From contig OZ260665.1 of assembly GCA_965285935.1 (NCBI GenBank), forward strand, positions 54,622,001 to 54,686,000: a stretch of 64,000 nucleotides of DNA. Reading direction: 5' to 3'. Source of the DNA: Ophelia neglecta (Eukaryota). The notes under the pieces were generated by a model. The model did no database searches, had not been told where the DNA came from, and worked only from the letters and a program-made list of their open reading frames with translations. Position numbers and translations under genes: made by a program. Shown here piece after piece: positions 26,281-37,637 of this stretch (the stretch's first letter is position 1; each line of letters begins with the position of its first letter).

Positions 26281-29200
26281 TGCTAGTTAATTTGACTTTG
26301 AAAAAGTTGTCTGATACAACGAGTATTAATTATCTTTAATAACATAATGGATTGCAGCATTGATTTTCTTAGTCTGTCTTGCAATAATAGCAAAAGAAAA
26401 ATCAAAAACTGAATTGTTTTTGGTAAAGGGGGAGAAAACAAGGATTTATTTAGACCCAATTTTTCAGGAAATTCATGCAAAAAAGCGGTCCCGATAAACG
26501 TTTTATTGGTCTGTCATGAAACTGTTATCACTTTCTTTTGATGTTGTAAAAGATTGCGATTGGCCCAAGAATGGTTCAGTGCACTCACGCCTGGGTCAGT
26601 ATTTGTAGGATCGACAGTACTTGGTCCGTGATTATTGATGACAGTGTACATACATAACCTGTCCCCAATACATTGCGCTCGGAGTGCTCTGTCAACAGAA
26701 AATTGTTGAAGTAAAACAGTGGGGATTGGAAATCATAGGTTCTTTGTTTCTCAACCAGTAATGGTCACGTATTTCTACTCAACCTACTTTTCACAATAAG
26801 AATTATGTATTTCTGTGTGCAAAGGAATACACAAATACCAACCCTTAGCCATTAAGTCTCGCTGGCTTAACTTTGACATCTGGATGGTGAATAGTCTATT
26901 CAACCAGTCTGCTACTTACTAAAAGGAAACATGTAATTAGATTCCCAGTTATGTCCAATATTTGAAATCCCGTGGAAAATAGAATAGTAAAACCTTACTT
27001 AATATACAATGAGGTTGGCTGCTAAATAATGAAAGGAATGAATCAATTTATAAATAATGCGATACTGTGGATCAGCAGCTTTTTATTGATATTATGTGTG
27101 ATTGAGTGACAGTTTATAACCGTATAGGTATACAATGCGTAAGTAGAGGCCTTGTGTTACCTTCAAAAGACAGATTATATTAGGGTATCATCTCAGTCAG
27201 TGTAATATTGAAGGCAATATTCCCCAATCCGTATGTAGTGCTAGGAACTCATTTGAGATGAACACTTTGCAAAAGTGCTACGTTGAAGCTTGAACAAAAC
27301 TGCGGTGGCCTCTCTTTAATAAAGTTGATACGGTACTTATGTACATGTTCATGTTACCAAATCTGTTGGGAAGAATTATTCCTAATTTGAAGCATTTTCT
27401 ATTTGGCCAGATAATTTTGAAAGCATTCCTTTGGGCACTGTTTTATCAAGTTTTTGCCATAATGACATAGGCATCCCAAAATTTACAATCATAGGATAGC
27501 TAAGTCGGTAACAGAGGGTAACGCACAGTGAATTCACTAGCTTCACAAACATTATAGGTACTCATGACCCGTAATTTGTCAATGTCCATGCTCAAAGTTG
27601 TAGGTCCCTCATTTTTTTCCCCGATTCTCAGCTTTTATTCTAATATCCATGCTTTACATGAACAAAATAATTTTACAAAATAATACGTAAACTTTCACCT
27701 TACTACGCATCGGTGTTCGCAAAAAGTGGAATACCTCCTAAATGCCTCGAACTTCAGGTCAACTGGAAAAATGGCCGCCCCCTTAGAAAATGAAAAATAC
27801 ATATAGGCGGTCCTGGTGACGCAGTCACAAGCATTAAAATATATCCCACATAGGCCTACTCTCGGTCCTGATCGATACTTGCCGGCCTGGTGCCGACGGA
27901 CCGGCTTGTAAATCGAACACTGGTAACGCAGCACACGTTGGTTGCTTTACATTAAGGCCATGACACAGAGATTCCATGTGAGCGCCATGCCCCACCAACG
28001 ACATGTCAGCCAAAGCCACATTCAAGGGCAGGTCTTGTTGAAGAATGATACATTAAAGGTATGCTTTTTTCGGTTGCCATAAGTGTCTGTCCTACTACAA
28101 ATCGGCAGCATTCAACGTTATAAAACGAGAGTGTATACCCGGCAGACAAATCAGAATCTTTAGTCAAGAATATTCTGTAACATTGTACGATTAATAATTA
28201 TAAAGCTGGCAGCTGCCACTTTTATATGGGTATCTCTCGTGCTCCGAATCCTTGATTGTGAACGAAAGGCTTTTAACCCGAACAAGCGTTATGTCTACTT
28301 TCTTTTTTGTTAGTATTGCATGGCGACATTATTTCAATATTTATTGACAGATGTTCCATCCTCATGCGATTAATTAGTCATAAATAGTTTTTTTTATTTC
28401 AAAACGTTTTGAAACAGACAGAGTAATGTTGGGAAGTGCGCAAGAAGCTATACGAGAATATAGGTCGACGGACTGAAAAAAGTTTATTTAAGTTGCGAAA
28501 AAATACAATACTTAATACGTTGAAGCCATGTATTCTATACATTGTGTACATAGGTTTACAAAACTTGCATTTCAATGCTGCAACGCGAAATTTTCGGTCA
28601 CCGAACCAGTTCTAGTCAACCATTTTTAATACTCTTCTTAGACTGCGTGACCTTTTGACAATGCAACAGATGCTTTTGTGCGGCATTACTCGGTAGGGAA
28701 ATCCATAGAGAAAATGGCATTGGTACGTCACCTAGCACATTGTGTTACGCTCAGTCATTAAGATGCACTAATCACGTTTGGCTTTCGTTGTTATTGCGCG
28801 GATGAGCACCTGATGCCATTTCCTTATTTGTGTAGAGTACAAAACAGTGCATTGTCAAAGGTTGATATAAGATCAGCGTGAAGAGTCAACAATGCCTTCT
28901 TAAGTTCTTACCGGAGACGTGGGGACGGAGAGGGATGGGTCTGTGCTGCTTTGAGTGGAAGAGAAAGAAGAGGGAGAAAAGCACTTTCCATTAAACGTGA
29001 TGGGAGCTTTTAGTGTATATCTTACAAACTCACGCAAGTTTCGCTGCTTGGCACCGTTCTGTCATGGCAGGAATGTACTTGTAACAACTAGATATGGCAA
29101 CTTCTACTCTTACTAATATCTGAGCCGAGCGACGCTTATGTACTTCCAAATCGTAAACTGTGTCGTATAGAGTGGGTACATTTCAATGAACTGCACTTTA

Positions 29201-30512
29201 TAACATCTCCTTGTATTTTTCTTGACGTCATTGAAGATACATTTTCATGTAGATTTTGTCGCAAAGTTGTTCTTGTTTTCAGCTTAATTATTTCAACGTT
29301 TCTTGGTCATTATAATATAGCCATTTCCTGGCTCCAAGTGACCATGTGTCCTAAGTTACTATGTCACCATCGCATAATTTTTAAATCATGCCAACATGAT
29401 ATATTAGTTGGGTCCCAATGTAGGCAATGATGAATAAATACAAAGAGTAAATGATAAAAAAACAGCAGTCTATTATATTCTAACCATTATTTGTAGATCA
29501 GACTTAATATGAATAAGTTATAAGACGACTACTTGTAAATAAAGCAATGCGGCAATACGTGAAGGGCCATGGTAAGTTATATATTGCCAAAGGTATATAG
29601 TTTCTATTGTGAGGCTGGCTGTATATCTTATTTTGTGGGTATTCAGTGATTGATTGCATCTAGATAATAAAACAACTCTAGTAAGGCAAAGTGCCTCATG
29701 CCGGTGAGCAAGACCTGTACCATGAAGGTCCTTGGATCACGTGTGCACACGACTTGAATATTATTTGTGTCGATCGATCGGTATCCTATGTTGGGCCCGG
29801 AGCATTGCTGTCATCTCGTCAGACACGGGAAAACCATAGACCCACCTCTTACGGCGTTCTGGACGAGCTGTTTTTTAAAAGGTCTGGCTTCGAGATGACA
29901 ATAGCATGGATCATTGCCAAAATGTTTGCTTCTTTGCTAAAATATCATGTAATTTCATGATATTGTAGGTCTAGCCAGTTTGAATTGCTCTCTTATTGAC
30001 TTCGCTAATCTGCCAGTAAATTGACTTTTTTCAAACCCCCCTCTAGCCGGCATAATCTGACATGTTACAATAGCTACTAAACCTGTCTAAAGGCAAGCTA
30101 ATACTTTTTCTTAAAAGTATCACTACGCAAAAACATATAAAGGGAGAACAGTTTCATCAAGGCGATAATGGTTCCACTAATTTCAGTAAAATGTAATAAT
30201 TGGTTATTATATCCTTTATTAACTTCATTTATTGATATGAAAACCAAACAGGTAGCAAAATGCTAAAGGTAGTTTTGTCGAAGCCCCTGCGGGAGTTGGT
30301 CCTATTGTTTATATATCTGTTAAAACGGTAACATTTGGTGAGCTATGGGACACAGAGTAATTTGCCTATCTTTTTATTAAAAGACCAACTTCTTAATTGT
30401 GTAACTTCTCGCATCATCGGTCAAACTAAAACCGATTACGAAATGGGGTACATTAATAAAGGTACATTGCTTGTAACGTTGTTGGGCTCTCGAATAATGA
30501 ATCTCGAAAACA

Positions 30513-30560
30513 TTAGTTAACTTCAGTTAACTTAGTTCACTTAGTTGACTCAGTTAACTT
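30513..30560. repeat. Minisatellite, 5 copies of a 9-mer, consensus T(T/C)AGTT(A/C/G)AC
   Basis: ttagttaac t tcagttaac ttagttcac ttagttgac tcagttaac. Confidence 0.8.
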
Positions 30561-32671
30561 CTAAAGCCACTTGATACGGAGAAAGCAACAGTTTTTTTAA
30601 TTCAATTGCTACATTAACACCAATTGATATACCTTTATCAAACATATTTTTCAGCGAATTAAGCCGACCTTTTAAGATTTAATATCCTGTATTATCCTGT
30701 ATTTCAAATATCTCCTTTCTTCTCCGATGGTTTAGGACCCAGATGCCATTCGGTGTACCTTAATACATTGTATTTCCAATCTAGCTTCCATTCAATAATT
30801 TCTGCTGTCAATGTCGACGAGTTATGAATTATTGCCAAATATCATGCTGCGCAATCGCTACCTGGGTTGTTTTGCCTACTGCGAGCAATTGTTCCACAAA
30901 ACTGTAACAAAATATGGAGATATTTCCGTCGAAGTCCTCCTTTATGAGTAAATTCGCCGGGTAAATATGGCGGTTTTCAGTCACAATGCTTGTTTACTTG
31001 TAGATAAATACAAAATGTTTACAATGTCGTAGATCTTCGGCCGCGTGACTTATGACCTGAATGACGAAACTACCCTAGAAACGGTGACTGTGCATTGCGT
31101 GAGATTTGCATTCAGTACCTCGGGGAACCATGATTGCAAAGCCAGAGCAAAAGCATAGTGTTGAAAAAGAAAGGGCATACTGCTTCATTGTACACTGTAC
31201 ATGAATCGTGGGTGCTACTAGTACATTATATTCCACAAATCCACGATTCCAATCAGTCCGTGCCTAAGTTTGTTTGCAACTTAGATATTTTTTTTCATTT
31301 GCATTTGCAAGTGTCGGTAAATAGTCAGGTTCGTTCCTTTTGCGTTTCCCTGACGCCTTATTTGAAATCATTTTCAGGACAATTACTCGATTGTCTTACC
31401 AGAAATTGCGGTTCACATTGACATATAAGTGAACACTCAACAAAATTATATAATATTGGCAACACATTTAGCAATCATTTTCTTTTTAAACCCTGAGTAT
31501 TGATGAATAATTCGGCTGTTTTTTTGTGTAATTTGAAGGGGATTAATGTTTGGAAACATGTAAATCCGTACTGTGCATCGGATAAATTAGTGGCAAGTAT
31601 GCTGCAGCATATATTTGAGAACCTTGTGCATATATAAATTGCCAAGGATCTCTGGCATGGTGTAGACTCAGCTTTTGGAGATCTAGAATGTGTGTCTTGG
31701 CTTTAAATACTATCAGTGGCTGAGCCAACCTGATCAGCAGCATGAGAAAAGATACAAGGAGTAGCACTGCTCTCAATGCTCAGTTTGAGTAGTAGCGAAG
31801 AAGCGTTACACTTTTGGGATGTGTACCTGTTATCTTGCCTTATACAAACTACCTCTGCAAAGTGACACAGCGTTAACAGTTCTTAGCAATAGCTGCCTAA
31901 TGTAATATTCATATTGTATAAGGTGTTATTGTAAAACGACGAATACAGATTTATTGGTTAGTCAGCCCTTGGTGATGGGGTCCAAAAGACGACAAGCTTT
32001 CTGATTCCAGTATGTAGTATGCCTTCAGGAATAAGATTCAAGGATTAGTAGTCTCATGAATGATATAAAACCTAAACTACTTGTTCAATTTTGATATCAC
32101 GCTTACTACAGTCTTTTCTCCGTCAACCCCAAACAAAATTAATATAATTTTCATTTCCATCTCAGTAATTTCAACATGCCCGAAGTTGTTGTTTCAAATA
32201 CAGTTATTTTTGTTTAATGATTGCAGTACTCAGAATTCTTTCAGCTGCTTGGCAGATGATTTGACTCAAATTCTACAAAGAGATGATGTTTCTTCCTGAT
32301 GCTGGTCTGACATCATAATACCATTACATTGCTTCTAATGTCTTAGAACCGCCTTGGGCTAATGGCGGTGAGGAACCAGTTCAATAGTCGTCCATAAATC
32401 AGCAGTGGCTACTTATAGACGGTTATGAGACTTGACGGATGTGTAATTGGCCAAGTGCCGCAGTTTATTTTGACAGTCTTGGCACGTACTGAATGGTGTA
32501 CCAGTCCTCCAGCTCCCAAACCAATCATCGCCTAGCAATCCGCCTGATTGACTCAACCCGATCACATTCTATGTCTTAATTCTTTTCGAGTAGGATTACT
32601 TCTCACTAATGAACGGACCATGGCATGTCTTTTGCACAAACTCAATGATTTCATTGACTGGTGAAATATAG

Positions 32672-32719
32672 GCTTACTAAACTGTCGGTAGGCCTATGGT
32701 GGAATGAGCTGCAACGTGG
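32672..32719 (+). pseudogene. Eroded LINE ORF2 fragment
   Basis: Translates to AY*TVGRPMVE*AATW, resembling the post-RT AYKTLVRPxLEYAxxVW motif of CR1/L2/Jockey-group LINEs. Confidence 0.4.
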
Positions 32720-34199
32720 GCTAATATTTTGCTTGAGGCAGATGTATAAGATCAGTTAGTTTATACATGAGAGACATGTATATCACTGCGTGTTTTTTTA
32801 AGGATGATATATATGAGGCATAAACAATTGGTTTAAGGACGCCTACCAGACTATGAAATCTATAAACCACTGTATGTACCGACAGCTCAATGCATACATG
32901 ATCACCTCGTTCTACTAGAGTACCATGATAAAACACTGAGTGACTTGTCTGATGGTAGTCACAGGCCATATATGGAAGGCTAGGGGTCTTGTCAAATACT
33001 AAACTACCGGGATGAACAGCGGCTCAAATCGACCAACTGGTGTAGCTTGGTAAAAGACATGCATTTTGTAACCGACTGTAGCAATGAACAGGTAATAGTC
33101 GAGCCATAGCATAGTCTGAATTTCTTAATTTTAATTGGTGATTAACTTTATTTAAAGTTAAAAACAAGGTTGAAATCCTGTCCAGCGATTGATTGTCATT
33201 TTTGGCCTGGAAGCGTTTACTTTACGGTAAGCGAGCATTTTTCGACAGCGTATTTTACGTATAACGTGAATGCGTGGTGACGTGGGGCCTGAGTAAACTA
33301 TCAGCTGTTAAAGACAATTGCTCAACACGTAACATTTTTTTGTTGGGCGGATTATTCGACTGAAGGAGGGCGTGCATAAAACCATTATCATCATCATTCC
33401 TCGCAACACAGAGATAATATGAAATCAGACTTGGTTGGAGAAAACTTTTAGAGGCATATCAATATACCATTCTCCTCGTTATTTTATACCCATATATTTC
33501 TTATCATATAATGACATTAAATTTAATGCTGAATAGAATCAATTTCGTATTCAACCTATATTTGTGCTGTGAACATTTGGGACAATGTGGCTAGTTGAGT
33601 AATATCTTCCCTAATCCAACTGTGTCGGTGTATGACGTGTCAGAAAAAGGAAATGTGTTGAACTTTACACTGTAGGCCTTGATTGAGTCGCTTTGACGTC
33701 ACATGGCTAGAAGAAAATTCCTGTTTTCACACTTCCTAGAGCGACTCTGGTCACCTTTATTGATCGTTTGCACCATCTCCCATTGGCTTGGCGAGCAGAA
33801 ACGACAATAAGACACAACTTCGATTTTAGGCATTATTCTTGTCTCAAGCGCGCAGTTTCTGTCAATATATGGCATGCAAAGCATACACCAGCAAAAAAGT
33901 ATAGTTCGTGCACAACAATACCTGTCATACGTAAACGCTCAGGTTCATAATTAGTTACCATATGATAGTTACCATATTCATGTCTACTAAAATAGACATT
34001 GTGTGTATCTGATATTGAGCGGTACAGCATGTATGTTTGTGCTTCTGGTTTCTCGATATATGTTAATCGAATTCCTATTAGTTTGTTTAAACATATGAGG
34101 TAGGTGTATGATTTATATGCATAATTGTTATCGATTACTTATCTGTGGGGACCATTGCTTTAGTTAGTATCATTTTGTGTCACCATGGCTGATTTTTCA

Positions 34200-34600
34200 A
34201 ATATTGTCGACTCATGTGTAATGGAATTTTAGATTCAGGGAAACATGGCCAGTTCTATGAAACATATCAGGAGAGAGGCTATTCGGATAGTGTACTCTGG
34301 GAGGCTTTGCGATTGAGCTACCAGCCACCATCACCTATAAAACTGCAGCATGCTTACAATTCGCTGTAGCACATTGTTCGAATTTATAAATGGTATAAAT
34401 ACTCATCATAGCAAATTTTTTGAAATGGATGACCATGCTCATTATAAAATAAAGACATACAGAAAAAGCAAAATCCGTAACTCGGAAAAATGTATTAAAT
34501 CAGCCCGAAATCACCAGGTATCGTCTGCTGCAAGCCAACGGCTATCCTCGGTTCAATTACTGTAAATAAGTTTGTGAACAATTAATAAAACATTAAAATT
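34200..34600 (+). pseudogene. Possible eroded LINE ORF2 C-terminus and 3' end
   Basis: MKHIRREAIRIVYSG and SMLTIRCSTL resemble the LExIQKRALRII and LxTLxxRR motifs; AATAAA follows near 34584. Confidence 0.25.
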
Positions 34601-35275
34601 GATATAACTTGCAATGAGAAGATGTCAGCAGTTTTCAGTTTTCCATTGTGCGAGTCAGAAAACAAAAAAAAAGGAGTCCATGGTCAACGTAGGGAAGATA
34701 CGAAAAATGCCCTATGTGAGAGACCTAGCTTTCCCCTAATTGTGAGGCGATACATTAATTTTGTCTCCTGAAGACGCCGGACCAGAGAAGGGTGTAAAAT
34801 GTTCCTGCACACTGAATAGGAACAGTTATGTATCAGCTTGATATTACAGTAAAGTAATAATTATGTGAAGTGCGCCAGCCATGCCTTTATTGTGACTGGA
34901 CCCGAGTATTATTCAGCAACCTACTATAGTAAATCAATTTACAGCAGATACACATTTTTTAATTGTCCCTCTCTCCCTGTCCTGTTCATCTGACCAAAAT
35001 ATTCTCAATTAATAAAAATTAATCAAAATTACAATTCTAGTTACTAAAATGTTGATTATCGGAACTGAGAGACAGAGACTTAGACAAAATAACTATGGGT
35101 TGTATAATTTATTTTATGTATCAACTTATGGTACCCTACAATTTGGAATTGTATATCATAACATTTTCGACAGACAGATTCTACATAACACGCGAAGGAC
35201 TCCCTATAGCCAATGTTATACCGATCATTTCCATGGCGTCATTGGCCACAACGCTTTGATTTTTAATAGAACATG

Positions 35276-35702
35276 TGTAACGATTGTGTCTATGCCTTTC
35301 AGACTTGTTCTTATTGTATTTAGCCTTGCAGGAATGGTCCTATTGTTCTAGCAGACCATGTGTAGTTGTTATTGTTTATAACTGTTTCATGGATTCTTAG
35401 TGGTCACTGACAGTACAGCAGGGACCAATAGTATCCCTTCTTTGTTTCTAGTCTGAAGTATATCAGACCATGTCTGTGACTGTTCTGTCTCAGATCCTGA
35501 CTAGCTGTTGCAGAGGTAAGACCGATTCACATTGAGTACTGTATACACACAGGCATGTGCCACTAAATTAGTATTGTAACAAGGTTACACTAATACACAA
35601 CGAGAAGCAATATTTACCACTGTTTAGTAATAAAGGATTATTAACAAAACTTTATAATTTGTCTTGGTAATTACTTTGAATGAACCAAGCAGGTTCATTA
35701 CA
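35276..35702 (+). repeat. 5' LTR (427 bp)
   Basis: Starts TGTAACGATTG and ends GGTTCATTACA; matches 42305-42731 with no mismatch seen. Contains AATAAA at 35629-35634 and a splice-donor-like GAG|GTAAGA at 35516. Confidence 0.97.
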
Positions 35703-35703
35703 T

Positions 35704-35715
35704 TGGTGCCGTGAC
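35704..35715 (+). promoter_or_regulatory. Primer-binding site complementary to the tRNA-His 3' end
   Basis: TGGTGCCGTGAC lies one base after the LTR end. It is the reverse complement of GUCACGGCACCA, the 3' end of eukaryotic cytosolic tRNA-His. Confidence 0.85.
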
Positions 35716-35808
35716 AAACCTATTCACATGTTGCCCTGTACATATACTTGTAGTTGAACCATGCCTTTGTGTGTATAACTTTGAAATATTTCATCATACT
35801 GATACAAT

Positions 35809-37605
35809 ATGGCTGGCTTTAGAGACTGGCTTAATAGGTCCTTGGGTAGGTTGACACCTTCCTTTGCTATGTCTCCTGAAGCCGGTATAGGTGAGGAAAC
35901 TTTGCAAGAGGAACAAATGAACACGCCTAGTCCAGATTCTGTTATTGGTAGCATCCCAACACAGAACCACAATTTGGATGAAAATCCATTCATGACTTCT
36001 GTTTCTTTGCCTTCCGCTGTGAACAATATGGATCAATATCCAACCGTCCACAACACTAATATTTCTCACAACTCTCTGGGCCTAGACCCAAACGCCAGTA
36101 ATACTAATTTACAACCTCTTGGTGGCTCTCTGGGTGTAAACCCAGGACCTAGCTACCCGACTTATACAGACAGACCTCACGTGTCTAATGCTACTACGGA
36201 TGCAATTCCGAATGACGGCATTAATGGTGCAACATTATTTTACAATGACTTTCCACTAGGTTACCCTATGGACCAACGTCCAAAAATTGGTGATCATTGG
36301 AAACCGGGTATATTTGGCCAAAATACTCAGGTAATGGCAACTAGTGTTTTACCCAATACAGTGATTGGAAGCCGCCAAAGGCAAGTTACTGCAGCCACAC
36401 CAACTCCTCATATTGGGGCATTCCCAAGTGAAGAGGCTTCAGAGTGGAGGAATCAGCTAGTTTACCCTCCATACTCTGCAGCTTACACCACTGCATCTAC
36501 AGTTCACTTATCAGCTGAATCCCGGGTAGTTAGTTCAGGGAACATGCAACGTGGTCAAACTTATCCTATCCCTATTGCCACAGGCACATACAATAAACAA
36601 CCGATCTATCCACCTGGGTACAGTAGCATTCTAAATACTCCATATAACGCTCCTACAACTTCTAGCATCTACTACCCTTACATTCAACAGCCACTTCCAC
36701 CAATTTTCTCATCGGCTGGAAATCTACACAACCAAATGGGACAAAGAAATATGATTCAACCTGAAGAAACTGGTTATTCTGGGTCTAGTCACCGTAGAAA
36801 GGAGAAAATGCCCATGGTTTTTGATGGCCTCAAAACTGAGTGGCAAGATTATTTGTGTCATTTCAGAGTGGTAGCCCGATGGAATGGTTGGTCCTATGAA
36901 GAGATGGCCATCCAACTAGGTTCTTCTCTGTCTGGTATACCATTGAGAATTTACAATTCCTTGCACCACTCTATACAATTTGACTTTGATAAATTGATTA
37001 TGACCATGACTCAGAAGCTAGATCCTCCTGAAAGAGAGGGTGCTTACAGATCTGAGCTTAGAGCTCGTCAACGAAAATCAGATGAAACTCCTGATGATTA
37101 TGCGAGAGAATTGTTACGGCTGGCTACTAAAGCCCACCCTAGACTTCTTGATAATGATCGAGAGGAATTGGTTATTGACCACTTCATTCGTGGAGTTGGC
37201 CCCAATGATATACAACGTCATGTCAATTTCAGTAGACCAGTGGATTTAAACAATGCAGTGGCTAGAGCCATTGAATATGAGAATTTTGTCCCTAATGATT
37301 TCAAAGGTAGGAAAGATAAACCTAAACCAATTGGAATATCCACTGTTGGGGACTTTAGAAGCCTAAAGAAAAAGACGCCTAACCGCCCGATAACAAACAA
37401 AGGCCAAAACAAACAACCAAAATTTCCAAAGGGCACCTGTTTTGGGTGCGGATCTACAGAACATTGGTTAGATAGATGCCCTACAAATCCAAAGAGAAAG
37501 AAAATAACAAAAGGGAATGAACTGAAAACCAGCACTGATGCAAAACAGGACAATGGAGAGAAAGATAACGGCCCTACAATGAGCGAAGTGAAAAAAAAAA
37601 ACTAA
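35809..37605 (+). CDS. gag: Gag polyprotein, 598 aa: long low-complexity N-terminus, capsid-like domain, one CCHC zinc knuckle
   Basis: ATG in good context (AAT ATG G). A capsid-like segment starts at about 36805 (PMVFDG..EWQDYLCHFRVVARWNGW...QRKSDETPDDYA...DHFIRG). Cx2Cx4Hx4C knuckle CFGCGSTEHWLDRC at 37438-37479. Confidence 0.93.
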   Translation: MAGFRDWLNRSLGRLTPSFAMSPEAGIGEETLQEEQMNTPSPDSVIGSIPTQNHNLDENPFMTSVSLPSAVNNMDQYPTVHNTNISHNSLGLDPNASNTNLQPLGGSLGVNPGPSYPTYTDRPHVSNATTDAIPNDGINGATLFYNDFPLGYPMDQRPKIGDHWKPGIFGQNTQVMATSVLPNTVIGSRQRQVTAATPTPHIGAFPSEEASEWRNQLVYPPYSAAYTTASTVHLSAESRVVSSGNMQRGQTYPIPIATGTYNKQPIYPPGYSSILNTPYNAPTTSSIYYPYIQQPLPPIFSSAGNLHNQMGQRNMIQPEETGYSGSSHRRKEKMPMVFDGLKTEWQDYLCHFRVVARWNGWSYEEMAIQLGSSLSGIPLRIYNSLHHSIQFDFDKLIMTMTQKLDPPEREGAYRSELRARQRKSDETPDDYARELLRLATKAHPRLLDNDREELVIDHFIRGVGPNDIQRHVNFSRPVDLNNAVARAIEYENFVPNDFKGRKDKPKPIGISTVGDFRSLKKKTPNRPITNKGQNKQPKFPKGTCFGCGSTEHWLDRCPTNPKRKKITKGNELKTSTDAKQDNGEKDNGPTMSEVKKKN

Positions 37606-37637
37606 CTTCGGCTGGGGAAGTGGCCCGCCCCTCAGCC
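37596..37637 (+). promoter_or_regulatory. Programmed -1 ribosomal frameshift signal (gag to pol)
   Basis: Slippery A AAA AAC (37596-37602) sits immediately before the gag TAA. After a 7-nt spacer comes the stem GGCTGGGG (37610-37617) / CCTCAGCC (37630-37637). pol is in the -1 frame and is open across the junction. Confidence 0.85.

Noticed and set aside
19459-33701. Three perfect CRE sites TGACGTCA (19459, 29223, 33694) upstream of HCN
   Set aside because: About one is expected by chance in 64 kb at this composition, and they are widely scattered. This is not sufficient without conservation data.
123-35200. Short ORFs (60-138 aa) across the upstream region
   Set aside because: No domains or coding-like composition; consistent with chance ORFs in non-coding DNA.
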